64,000 nucleotides of DNA from Carpediemonas membranifera BICM (lineage: Eukaryota; Protista; Fornicata), in contig JAHDYR010000006.1 in the NCBI GenBank assembly GCA_019828565.1, positions 62,001 to 126,000 on the forward strand. Direction: 5' to 3'. Below the pieces are notes generated by a model that did no database searches, was not told the origin of the DNA, and was given only the letters and a program-made list of their open reading frames with translations. The stretch's first letter is position 1, and every line of letters begins with the position of its first letter. Positions 10,661 through 20,917 of this stretch are shown here, piece by piece. The position numbers and the translations under genes were made by a program.

Positions 10661-13600
10661 TTACACATCAGACCGAGGGAACGCAAAGGCCGGATAACGC
10701 GCCTTACGCCTATTGAAGAAGCCGAAGAGCTCCCTCCTTATCATCTGAACCGTCTCGGGGTCCAACCGGCTTTCGATGGGCGCATCCCCCTCGAGTGTGC
10801 CCTCCAGCACTTGGTCCACAATGTTTCGGACATCTGCCTGCTTCTCCATGGAAGTCCCGAGACTTCCTAGCATCATGTTCACATCCTCGCAAAGTAGGGG
10901 AGAAAGCCATGGTTCATGGAGGTATGAATAGAGGTTGAAGCCTTCAGTACGGGATCTAGAAATGACGTTATGAAGCATGGCGTCCGGCATGCCGATGAGG
11001 GGGAAGAAATACGCCGGGTCGGGGCGGGGGGTGACAGTGTCGGCGATATACATAGTCAGAGCAGAAATAACCATAACTCCATGTACAGACGTAAATTGGA
11101 GTCGGACCAGTATGTCATCAGTGAGCTGCTCGATAGTTTCAGCGATGGTACGCTTCACAGGCGATGTTGGCTCTGTGATGTGGATATACATGCCACCTCC
11201 GACCTTCGAGACAGTGCTGACCGGATAGTCGAAGATGATGGGCTGGCTGGCCCGTTCGGTAACGACAGCACCGGTCACGAGCTCCGACAGCCTGGTCCCG
11301 AGGGCTTGGCCGCATTCTACGGGGGACGCGTCGGCCGGGCTCTGGACGGTGATACCACAGCGGCGAGAGAGCTTGGCCATGGATGAACAGGCGAGCACTG
11401 TAGGGTCAGAGGTCTCGCAGACGCCGTTGATGACGAGGCCGCCGTCGTACACCATGGAGGTCGAGTTACATGCGCCGAACACGAATGGGTCGACGTTGGG
11501 AACGTCCTGGGAGACAAAGGCGCGGCATGGAACAGTCTGGCGGGCTGCCTCGTGGCGAACAGTGCGAGCACTCGCCTTGGTCTGGCGGGTAGTGGGGGCG
11601 TCTTCGAGCACCACAGCCTGCAGATCGGCGGGCGTCTGCACAATCACGCCGGTAAGAACACCGTCCTCGTTGAGCTGAAGCTCGTTGACCACCATGCCTC
11701 GAGTGATGTCGACGCCCTTGGCGGTGAGCGCTTGGTCGACTCTCTCTTGAACTACGTCCCAGTCGAAAACAGGAGGGGCGTCAACGTGCTTGGGGACAAG
11801 GAGCGCGATCGAACCACCCTCTACACCCGCCTCAATGAGTACGGAAGCTGCTGCATAAGCCTGCACACTTTGGCCATAAACTGCGATTTTTGACTCCGAA
11901 TCGAGTCGAATGCACTCCTTGACCATGGCTTCAACGTCGGCAGAGTTCTTTGGCGAGAAGAGTTGGGTGTCGACCACGTTCCTCGTGAACTCGAGCTTGG
12001 ACTGCTGCTGCACGTCTTCGATGATTTCGACGACGGCTTCATCCACGGCCACGTCCATGGTGGTGTGCGTCGAGAGTGTAGGTGGGACTCCCAACCTGAC
12101 CAGAGTCTGGTCTGCTGTGACCTCTGTGATGACCATGGTGTCGTAGTACAGTTGTGAGGCGTCCGCGAGCAAGACAGCCTTGGCCTCGCGATCAATGCCC
12201 ACCACAAAGCCGTCGAGGGACGTGAGCTGCTGCGGCAGCCCCAGACGGCGCAGCTTGCTCTCGGTGTATGCAGGCTGAGTGAGGTTGTACTTGCCCTCAT
12301 GCTGCATGCCGCCGGGTCCTACTGCGACAATGTTTGGCCAGTAAATGAAAGGGTAGGTCGTCATAAGATGCTCGAGGAGCGCCCAGGTTGCATCACCCGT
12401 GCCGACAACGATGATTGGGCGATTGGCAACGACCTTGCGCTGGTGTAGCTCGCGTCTGAGTACAAGTCGCATCGCGTGATCAATCTGTTCTGGAGCGTGG
12501 AGGAGAGCGGCCTGGGCGTTCGCTGAGGAAGCATCGGCCGCCTTCTGCACCATCTTCAAATCTGCTGCTTCCACATCACTTGCCGCGGTGGTGGTCGCCA
12601 GCTGCTTCAGTGCCGCGCTGTCCTTGAGGACGGAGGGCCTCACTTGAGTCTGTGGCCTCAGCGGCCATGTCAGTGTGTACGCCAGCACCGCCTCTGGTCC
12701 GTCAGAGCAGAGCATGCCGTGGAGCTTGCCTGCCCCGAAGACCATCTGGAATGCAGCCCGACCAAGAGGGAAGAGATGAGGCGGGATGGTGCATGAAGAG
12801 ACGTGGAGGAGACGTGAGGTCGCATCAGGGCCTGCAGAGGGCATGTGGAAGCTCTTGGTGAGCATGTCGACGTCAAACAGGGCGCCAGAGATCTCTCCGA
12901 TGGTCTCAGCGCCGGCCAGGACCTCAAACTTCAAGTTACTACCGTCAACGACAGGCTCGGGGACAGCGAGGCCTGGGAGTAGCGAGAGTACGTTTCTGTG
13001 GTGGATGTAGCACGCCGACGTGGTGGGGGCGTTATGCTTGCGAGGCAACCGGGTGAACAAGTCAAGAAGAGGGAACTCGAGGATGGTGGCGGGTAGCGTG
13101 AGAACAAGGTACGTACACTCCTTGATAGAGGCGCAGATAGTGCGGATGAAGTCAACGGCACGGGATTCGAAGTCGGCATCGATGCAGACGACGTTAAGAG
13201 AGTAGGCGTTGTCGGCATTCATCCCCTCGAAGCCGGTGGTATCAAAGCTCTCCCTGATATCGTTGAGGATGGCCAGCTTGCTCATTGATACGAAGCCTGC
13301 CGCCTGAATGGCCGTCTCTGAGGCTAGTTCGCCTACAAAAGAGTAGTCGCCGGGCGTGGTCGACCGGATAATGTCTGCGAGGAAGAACTCGCCGTATCTG
13401 CTGGTGAGCACAGCCGCCTGTTCATCGAATATGGGCAGGAGGTCGTCGAAATCCTCCTCCAGGGCAGGTCGTACAGTCAGCCGGGGCAGGATGGTGTCAC
13501 GGTCACTGAACAGCACAGACCATTGCTTGCCGTCGACCTCAGCCTCCACCTCAGTGAAGCACCCCTCCAGCACCTCAGCGGCAAGGGAGTTTGTCGTTGT

Positions 13601-14020
13601 CGAAATGTGGACAATCTGGTCTGCATGGGGGAAGGAGGCATACACAGCAGTAAGCAGGGTGTCAATCGCCTCACGGGCAGCAAAGACATCGCCGAAGACG
13701 TAGTCTGTGAGGTATAAGGTGTGGGGAGCGCCGAGGACGAGGCCGGTGCAGTCTGGGTCCTCGAGGCGTTTCTTCCAGTCGGGAACGGCCTCGGGGATGT
13801 AGCTTGGGGGAGTGTCGGATATAAACACGTATGAGCGTTCAAGATCTCGCTCATTGACGATGCCCGACTCGGATTCTTGAACCTTTGTCGCCATGACGGC
13901 GAAAAGGCTGTTATTGAAGACGGCGTTCACATTCTCCAAGCTTATGTGGCCACCTGTAGGCTTAACCAGATCGGAATGGAGCGTATTTAGCCTGTCTGGC
14001 GTTATAAGCTCGAGATTCAT
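10661..14020 (-). CDS. CFAP61: Cilia- and flagella-associated protein 61
   Basis: VRPALEEDFDDLLPIF...YGEFFLADII, followed by an FAD/NAD-binding-like region (IIVVG, VGIDREAK, YYD.MVI, VYDGGLVI...ETSDP). Confidence 0.85.
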   Translation of the reverse strand: MNLELITPDRLNTLHSDLVKPTGGHISLENVNAVFNNSLFAVMATKVQESESGIVNERDLERSYVFISDTPPSYIPEAVPDWKKRLEDPDCTGLVLGAPHTLYLTDYVFGDVFAAREAIDTLLTAVYASFPHADQIVHISTTTNSLAAEVLEGCFTEVEAEVDGKQWSVLFSDRDTILPRLTVRPALEEDFDDLLPIFDEQAAVLTSRYGEFFLADIIRSTTPGDYSFVGELASETAIQAAGFVSMSKLAILNDIRESFDTTGFEGMNADNAYSLNVVCIDADFESRAVDFIRTICASIKECTYLVLTLPATILEFPLLDLFTRLPRKHNAPTTSACYIHHRNVLSLLPGLAVPEPVVDGSNLKFEVLAGAETIGEISGALFDVDMLTKSFHMPSAGPDATSRLLHVSSCTIPPHLFPLGRAAFQMVFGAGKLHGMLCSDGPEAVLAYTLTWPLRPQTQVRPSVLKDSAALKQLATTTAASDVEAADLKMVQKAADASSANAQAALLHAPEQIDHAMRLVLRRELHQRKVVANRPIIVVGTGDATWALLEHLMTTYPFIYWPNIVAVGPGGMQHEGKYNLTQPAYTESKLRRLGLPQQLTSLDGFVVGIDREAKAVLLADASQLYYDTMVITEVTADQTLVRLGVPPTLSTHTTMDVAVDEAVVEIIEDVQQQSKLEFTRNVVDTQLFSPKNSADVEAMVKECIRLDSESKIAVYGQSVQAYAAASVLIEAGVEGGSIALLVPKHVDAPPVFDWDVVQERVDQALTAKGVDITRGMVVNELQLNEDGVLTGVIVQTPADLQAVVLEDAPTTRQTKASARTVRHEAARQTVPCRAFVSQDVPNVDPFVFGACNSTSMVYDGGLVINGVCETSDPTVLACSSMAKLSRRCGITVQSPADASPVECGQALGTRLSELVTGAVVTERASQPIIFDYPVSTVSKVGGGMYIHITEPTSPVKRTIAETIEQLTDDILVRLQFTSVHGVMVISALTMYIADTVTPRPDPAYFFPLIGMPDAMLHNVISRSRTEGFNLYSYLHEPWLSPLLCEDVNMMLGSLGTSMEKQADVRNIVDQVLEGTLEGDAPIESRLDPETVQMIRRELFGFFNRRKARYPAFAFPRSDV

Positions 14021-14154
14021 GGTCGTTGGCAAATTCTGTGTGGGGTCAAGTTGTGGAACTCAAGTCGAGCGGAAAGGCGGCGCCTGGGAGTTTATACTGG
14101 TCTATCTAAACGCGGATGGTGCTGTTAGCTCGCTTGAGCGAAACGTCGGAGGGC

Positions 14155-14433
14155 TCACGAATCGCTGGAGTGGAGGGCGAGCTTGGCGGCAAGCTCCTCA
14201 TTCTTAGCGATCATCTCGGCAATGACTCGCTTAGATGCTTCCACTTCTTTCTTCGATTCGGCCACACGGGCCTTCATCATCTCATTTTGCTCACGAAGCT
14301 CGAAATTCTCGGAAGCAATCAAGTTGAACTCATTTTGAAGCTGCTCAAGCATGTTTGGCACCGAAACTAGCACTTCCTCGCTAAATTCGGGCTCATCACC
14401 CGTTTCAGGCGCGCGTACAAGCTCGAGAGACAT
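14155..14433 (-). CDS. Stand-alone Prp19 coiled-coil (tetramerisation) domain protein, 92 aa
   Basis: SVPNMLEQLQNEFNLIASENFELREQ...EASKRVIAEM matches the Prp19 helical domain (SIP.LL..LQNEWDA.MLENF.LR...DAA.RVIARL). There is no room for a U-box or WD40 domain on either side. Confidence 0.65.
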   Translation of the reverse strand: MSLELVRAPETGDEPEFSEEVLVSVPNMLEQLQNEFNLIASENFELREQNEMMKARVAESKKEVEASKRVIAEMIAKNEELAAKLALHSSDS

Positions 14434-14491
14434 CACTCTAAAGCATTTACGTAATGTTACGGCAAATATAAATCATTCAGTGCAGTGCTTC

Positions 14492-15115
14492 TCAACTCCG
14501 CATTGCTTCCAAGAACGCAACATAGTCATTGGTCTCCTCAAACAGAGCCAGAGCCCTATCGGCCGTGTCGGCGTCGACACCCACCACGCCATCGGAGAAT
14601 ACGTAGGCTTCGACGCCATTCACAACCTTTGCCGTAAGAACAAACCGTATTGGTGGCTTGTTTGGCCTCGTCAGCGTGTGGGAGAAGCCCTTGGCGGCCT
14701 GGCTTAGCTCAATCGTCAAGTCGGGATTGCGGGCGCGGAACTTGTCGAGGCGGGACTGGTTTTCGTCCAGCTTCGCCTTCAACTGGTCCCTGAGCTTCCG
14801 GTCAGCACGTTCTTGTTCTTGAAGCTTAGAAATTGTCCTTTTTGCCTTCTCGTGGTCGCTCTCGAGCTGGCCAAGGACTGTACCAAGGCGCTGGCCGGTC
14901 ATTTCCACGCCAGAAGAGGTGTCAATAATCGCATTAGCACGGAGATCGAACTGTTCTCTCTCCTCCTCCAGCGTTTGTCCATATTTCTGAAGTTGCGTCG
15001 TTCTATCATCAAGCAAGCGGCCTCGCTCTTCAGATATGCGCAAATGCGCAGCAAGAATCTGTTCTCTTGCACGGGAGTCTTCCTTCATCCCCGCTATTAA
15101 TCCTTTCAAGTCCAT
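14492..15115 (-). CDS. Coiled-coil plus C-terminal RWD-like protein; candidate divergent kinetochore Spc25
   Basis: About 207 aa. A long N-terminal coiled coil is followed by P.KPPIRFVL...YVFSD...LFEETNDYVAFLEAMR, resembling the Spc25 C-terminus (P..PF.F.L...YEVSD...RKTNNFSAFL.NVR). Confidence 0.55.
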   Translation of the reverse strand: MDLKGLIAGMKEDSRAREQILAAHLRISEERGRLLDDRTTQLQKYGQTLEEEREQFDLRANAIIDTSSGVEMTGQRLGTVLGQLESDHEKAKRTISKLQEQERADRKLRDQLKAKLDENQSRLDKFRARNPDLTIELSQAAKGFSHTLTRPNKPPIRFVLTAKVVNGVEAYVFSDGVVGVDADTADRALALFEETNDYVAFLEAMRS

Positions 15116-15282
15116 GATCCTTCTGCTGCTTGTTGGCTTCGGGAAATTCTCACAGCGACAGCAATGATCGCCAAGTCCATCAACGTGTCTCTCAACAACA
15201 CAAAAGACACAGGACAGCACACGCTAAACTCCCCATCCCATAATGCAGTCCGCTAGTATTTTAACGCTGCTGGCCGTGTCTC

Positions 15283-16633
15283 TCAGACGCCATTGCTAAT
15301 CCGCACCGCCCCATCCTCTGCAATCGCAAGGAGACGCCCATCGTCACTCCACGCCGACCGCCGCCCAGTACTAGCCAGGGCCCGCGGCTCATCGCAGTCG
15401 TGCAGCTCCACGCCCTTGCCCCCGCATGATACCCAGGTGCTCGGCAGCAAGGGATGCGCTGAAACACTGAGACCACTCCCACCGCGCCGGAGAGCCCGGT
15501 TAGAGGCTCGAGTGTCCATCACAATGACCTCATCAATTGATGTAGGAATAACAACGGTGTGCCGGTCAGCCAAGAGGTCAAGACCGATCGCCATGTTGGG
15601 AATCTTGTGCTTCCACTCGACCTTGCCGGAACGAAGGTCTATAGCGTGGACGTATGATAGATTCGCTGAAGAAACAAAAACTTCTCCCATGGGGTTCGAA
15701 CCCAGTCCCATTATTGGACCGAGGTTTGATCCATACAGGCCAATCTGTTGCCCAGTTTCCAAACAAAAGTGAACCACGCTCCCGCCATCCACGCCTGCGA
15801 TAATATCGTCCTTTCCAGGCATATTAAGAGCCCCTACAGCGTCGCTCGGGTAGCCAGGGTAGTCACCAATGGTTGGAGTTCCCTTAGAGCAAGCTAATGC
15901 TGACACGACGTCACCCTTGCGGTCAATGAGGGATATATTCCCATCTTCCAACCCGGCTGCTGTGAGACCCGTCCTTCTGTCAACAGCGAGAGAGACAGTC
16001 CTGTGCTCAAAATTAGTGGTCGAGAGCTTATTCCAGGACCGGGGGTTGTATCGAAGCAGGGTCTTCTCCCCAGCGATGGCCAGTGATTCAGGACCAAACG
16101 CCAGTGAGCTAATAGTGCCGATGTCTGTGGGAATGGTGCAGGTCTGAGTATTGTCGTTCTGGAAGAAGTGTAGCCCGTCCATTGGCGACTGTTTTTGTTC
16201 CATTTGTGCTATCAAACGGTTGTATTTTCTAAGAATGGCCTCGTTTGCTGCTCTGGTCTCCTCAAGCTCGGTGGTTGCTCGTTTCAAGTTCATTCTTATG
16301 CTGCCGTACTGGTGTTTGATGGTGTCGAGCATGCCATTGACGTTAGATGTCTCTATCTTGTCCGATTGATCCTCATAGGTCGTGTCGAAGTACACGGGGA
16401 AGACATCTCTCGACTCATCAAGGACGGTGCGGCAAACTGGACACGTGGTGATCGATCTACCACTGTGTAATGCGTTCTGGGTGAACAAACACGTTGAGCC
16501 AGGTATGTAACGCATCTTTGGCGAATGCATGGCCGCAGCGAGTGATTACGGGGTTGTTCTCGTGAGAAAGAGGCTCCATTGTGATTCTACAGAAGAGTTT
16601 GTCGATTGGGACCGTTGCATTCTCAACGTCCAT
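15283..16633 (-). CDS. U-box/degenerate RING + coiled coil + WD40 E3 ligase (Prp19-like or RFWD3-like); 28-nt intron 16463-16490
   Basis: Exon 1 encodes MDVENATVPIDKLFCRITMEPL...PVITRCGHAFAKDALHTWL. Removing the GTTTGT...ACACAG intron joins it to GRSITTCPVCR. A coiled coil and WD40 repeats follow. Confidence 0.7.
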
Positions 16634-16738
16634 TGAATATCAGGATTGTCTGAGAAGCCTGATAATGCCTAAAATGCACGCATGCAACCACGGATTCAAA
16701 CAAATTGTTCAAGCGTTTACTCGACTGAGCTGAGGAGC

Positions 16739-17676
16739 TTAGAAGTGGCCGGCCATGCAGCCCATGCTCTCGATGCCGCACTCGTCGACACCGCGCTTGA
16801 TCTTGAAGGTACCGCCGATACCCCAGTCATAGCCCCAAGAGTTGGCAACGGTCCAGTAGGGAGTGTTGTCCTCAACGCCCCAGCCGATGATCTTGATGGC
16901 GTGGCCGCCCATCTCCTGGCCGGAGGTGTGGTGGTAGACACCGGAGGTGTAGTAGTAGAAATCACGATAAACGATGAAGGCAGCCTCGATGGGGCCGTAG
17001 TTGTAGATCTCGTCCTGGATCTCCTCAACGGAGTTGAGCTGCTTGAAGGAGGTAGCGTAGTACTTCTGGGGGGCGGAGCCGTCCTCGCAGGTGGAGGGGC
17101 AGGCGGGCACGTCACCCTGGGCGGACTTGTAGGAAAGGCAAGAGTTGGGGACGATACCGTAGTTCTTGATGTAGTTCCAGACGTTGTACATGGCACCGCC
17201 GTTGCAGCCGTGGTCGGTGTGGTCGCAGGAAACGAGCCACTGAGCGGAGAACTTCACGGACTCGCCCTTGGCGATGCAGTAGCGGTCGGAGGAGGACTCA
17301 GCGGCGCCGAAGGCCCAGCAGGAGCCGCACTGGGCCTGGTTACGGATCTCCTTGACGGTGGGGCAGGAAGCACCCCACTTGTCGCGGGAATCGAAGGACT
17401 CGGGAAGAGTGTAGTCGAGCTCGAAGGTGGACTCGGCGAACATGCGGGGGCGGCGAGCGGGGATGGTGCGCATGACCATGCGGGAGAGCTCCCAATCGGA
17501 CTTGCCGACGAACTTCTCGTGGATGCCAACCTGCGTAACGGAAAATGGAGCGAATTTCGATTCGCGGAAAAACTAACCTCAAAAGAGGGCTTGGTCTGAC
17601 GGATCATCTCAGCCTCACGCTCGGTGAGCTGGGCGAAAGCAAGAGCAACAATAGCAAGAGCGATGACGAACTTCAT
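16739..17676 (-). CDS. Cathepsin B-like cysteine protease (signal peptide; 47-nt intron 17531-17577)
   Basis: MKFVIALAIVALAFA signal peptide; QAQCGSCWAF, GCNGG, GGHAIKIIGWG, NSWG; no His-His occluding loop; strong codon bias. Confidence 0.93.
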
Positions 17677-18653
17677 AGCCTTCGAGGATAGTGGCCAGGA
17701 CAAACCTGCACATTCGACACAATTCTCGACACCAACTGAGATCTACCTCTCTGGGAATGGCTGGAGAAAATTACGTAGAGATTGGATGGCATGCTCTACA
17801 TACATCACAATCATGGGCGTTTTGTGGCGACTAAGGCTTCTAACGGCTGGGCTGGAGGATGACGGTAAAAAAATGATTAGCCTTCTACATGGTCTACATA
17901 GACCTAAGAGAGGGTTGAGGGAGTTTAAACTGCAATTGCGTGCAATGAACATCACTCTTGACAAATTTTGACTTCAAGTTGACTTTCGTTGAAAAATCAT
18001 GTTGACGGCCAGAGCAACGAAAACACCAACAATATCCTCAGACGCATGATTATCTGTGCTGAGGGAGAATAGGGGTGGGTATATCGCCAGAAAAATGCTG
18101 GAAGACCTGAAGATGCGGTGAGGGTGCATGCAATCAAGGTTGCCTGGGTCAATCGATGGTGGATATCCAGGAGGTGACAGGAATTTGTTCAGACGCATGG
18201 CAAGCAGGTCAATGATCGCCACTCAGACGCTGGTGTGGCCCGCCCACACCAGTCGAGCTGCACTCTCTCATATCACTGCATCGCCACCATCCATTCCGCA
18301 CCCATACTCTCATTCTGCCAGGCAGGGTCGTTTATATCACATGATGCACTCAGATCTGTCAGATCTTCCGCGGAGATCGTTGCGATTTCTCAAAAGGGAA
18401 CGTGCCACAGTCGTGGGCTACTGAGGCGCTGTTGTTGGAGATAGCTGTACCGCAGTGGGCATTCTGATGCTCCCGTTTGGTCTGTGTGCTGAAAGAACGA
18501 GCTCCGCTGAACTGCGGCGATCATTTCTCGTACAGACAGCGGTGAAAGGAGGTCGTGAAGGCGTTCAAATGATGGAAGCATTGTTTGTGGTTGATTATGC
18601 TTTTTTAAGCTTTCATACTTCGTGCAGCGGGTTAGTGAGACTGTAGACCTGTC

Positions 18654-20435
18654 ATGCTCGTGGAATGGATGAAAAGTGACAGTGATAAGCGAGCTGGCAG
18701 AGAAGTGGCCAGGAAGGTTGTTAAGAGGCGTGACACTCTGCCGGGGTCTATGCTGGACGGTGGCACGGTTGGGCTCGAGGTCTCAAAAGATGGGAAGCAA
18801 CTGATGGGCGGCAAAAAGTCTAAAAACGCCCTTATAGCTGCCTATCGTCTGTCAGAAACAGCAGCAAGAAGAATACCGGGCGATATTCCGTCCTTACTTG
18901 CCCGTGCCTTCGTAATCGAGTTTCATGAACGAATTCCGCCGCTCACGTGGGTTCAGTGTTGCCGCAAATCCTTGTTCTCCAACATTATAGGCAAACAACA
19001 GCCGTATAGCTTCAAAGATTTGGAAAAGCTGCTCTCAATGCTCTCAAGCATTCCCCCTCTCGACTCAAAAGCCCAAGTCCTGCTCGACCGCGCCCGCTCG
19101 ATCATCACTAATGGCCCCCCGCTCTCCATGAACGTTGAGCTCGCGGAAGGCGAGGAGCTCCCGGTCGCCCTGCACACGCTGCTCCAGGGCACGCTGTGGG
19201 CCATCCTCATGGAAGCTGGAGCCGACCCCGACCTCCAACGGTCAGATACGACAGCATCAGAGCAGAATTTCCACTATATGCAACAAGACAAGCTTGCATG
19301 GTTCCTCTGCAAGAAGTTCTTCTTCGTCAAGAACGTCTCCGTCAAAGATTGCGAGTCACGCCAGTGGAGTTGGTATGACGGCTTCTGCAGCCAGAGATAC
19401 GAGCACACTATGTACATGGGTCGACTCTTCATGTTCCATTCGGCTCGGCAGACCAAGTTCACCAGGGCCCGAATGCCCAGAATCGTCGCCGTGTACAGCG
19501 ATATTTTTACTCAAATCGCCCAGACACCCAAGGGCCTGTGGGGCTGGGGGACCAACGCCGATGCAGAGACGGGGTTCTTGACTGCAAGTGATTACGTCAA
19601 CCCGACCCGCCTCACCTTTCCCGCCTGCCCCAAGGTCGCCGAGCTCGAAGCCAGCCTGCCCCCCTGGGAGAAACACAGGATGGTGACCGATGTTTCTGTG
19701 TGCGGCAGGGCATTTATCCTCACCCCAGTCGGCACTGTTATGGCCGGCCGGGCTCGATTCATCGCCACAGTTGAAGGCCCGAGACAGTTCAACGAAGTCG
19801 TCCATCCGCCACGCTTTGTTCCAGATCACATCATGCACGAGTATCACACTGTGATTCTCTCCATGGGCGATCGGCAAATGATTGCCGGGAAGAACACTTG
19901 TGGCCAGCTGGGACTCGGGCACATTCAGGGTATGACTGGCTTTGTCGACTTGCCCTTCAGGATCGACCGGATCATACCAAGCGGCTCCTTCAACGTCTTC
20001 CTCAGTGGCCGCCAGCTGCTGTTTGCCGGCAAAGTCTCTCGCACGATAGCCCAGTTGGGTCTGCTGCCTGGGTACCGCGAGGACCTCTGCTTCACACCCA
20101 CCCCGCTCCAGTTTTCTGAGAGGGTTACCGGGTTCTATTGCGATGAGTGGTATCTCGTGTGGGTCACTGAGGGCCGCACCCACATGTGTCCAAACATCAG
20201 ACACCACTATGCCCCTGACTATAGGACAAGGCTTTATTGTGTGCCTTTTGAAGCGACAGCGTTGGGAACTTCGTACACTGGTGGCATGGATGCATTTGAC
20301 TCGTTCTGTGACTCCACCAGCCAGTGGTTCAGGGTGGGGCGGGTGGTCGCAAGAGTGGCTGAGATGGTCGAGGGTGAGGCGCCTACCTCAAGCCGTGACA
20401 TCATCCCAGTCGATGTTGAGCCAAGTCGTTTATAA
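18654..20435 (+). CDS. Lineage-expanded RCC1-like repeat protein
   Basis: GLWGWGTN..ETG and IAGKNTCGQLGLGH RCC1-like repeats; clear paralog at 20918-22771. Confidence 0.7.
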   Translation: MLVEWMKSDSDKRAGREVARKVVKRRDTLPGSMLDGGTVGLEVSKDGKQLMGGKKSKNALIAAYRLSETAARRIPGDIPSLLARAFVIEFHERIPPLTWVQCCRKSLFSNIIGKQQPYSFKDLEKLLSMLSSIPPLDSKAQVLLDRARSIITNGPPLSMNVELAEGEELPVALHTLLQGTLWAILMEAGADPDLQRSDTTASEQNFHYMQQDKLAWFLCKKFFFVKNVSVKDCESRQWSWYDGFCSQRYEHTMYMGRLFMFHSARQTKFTRARMPRIVAVYSDIFTQIAQTPKGLWGWGTNADAETGFLTASDYVNPTRLTFPACPKVAELEASLPPWEKHRMVTDVSVCGRAFILTPVGTVMAGRARFIATVEGPRQFNEVVHPPRFVPDHIMHEYHTVILSMGDRQMIAGKNTCGQLGLGHIQGMTGFVDLPFRIDRIIPSGSFNVFLSGRQLLFAGKVSRTIAQLGLLPGYREDLCFTPTPLQFSERVTGFYCDEWYLVWVTEGRTHMCPNIRHHYAPDYRTRLYCVPFEATALGTSYTGGMDAFDSFCDSTSQWFRVGRVVARVAEMVEGEAPTSSRDIIPVDVEPSRL

Positions 20436-20917
20436 ATCGAAGTCGACCGTTGTTTTGAATCTCATGCCTATAAAGCATCTGAGTGTCTTGTCACTAAGTC
20501 GCCCTTTGTAAGAAATGATGATATTTACATCTGCTTTGTATCTGACCCCGGTCTTGGCTTTCCGTCGCCCATGCAAGCAGACCACGCAGTCGTGGCACAT
20601 GAGCAAGAACTGCCTCTAGCCGGTCTTCCCTGATGGTCGGCTTGTCAGGGTGCTGTCTTATTCAACAACGAGCTCGGTCTGCTGCTGCTCGATCTGGATA
20701 GGGCTGACTCTTTTGCGATCACCAGCCCCGAGTCGACCTCGCAGACCGGTCTCATATGCAAGTTTTTCACGTCCATATTGGTTGCTCGACTCATCGCCTC
20801 TGGTAGTGTCAATCCACTGAGCCAAAAGGGGACCCGGTATTCCACACCGCCCGCGACAAGTCTATCCTTGGTCGATGACATGGAATTGAGATTGTTGTCA
20901 GGATTTACAACTACGCT

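Noticed and set aside
17700-18650. Gene-poor stretch with short ORFs and a faint LPGS.DGG echo of the downstream RCC1-like gene
   Set aside because: Similarity too weak; probably decayed sequence, but no assignment is possible.
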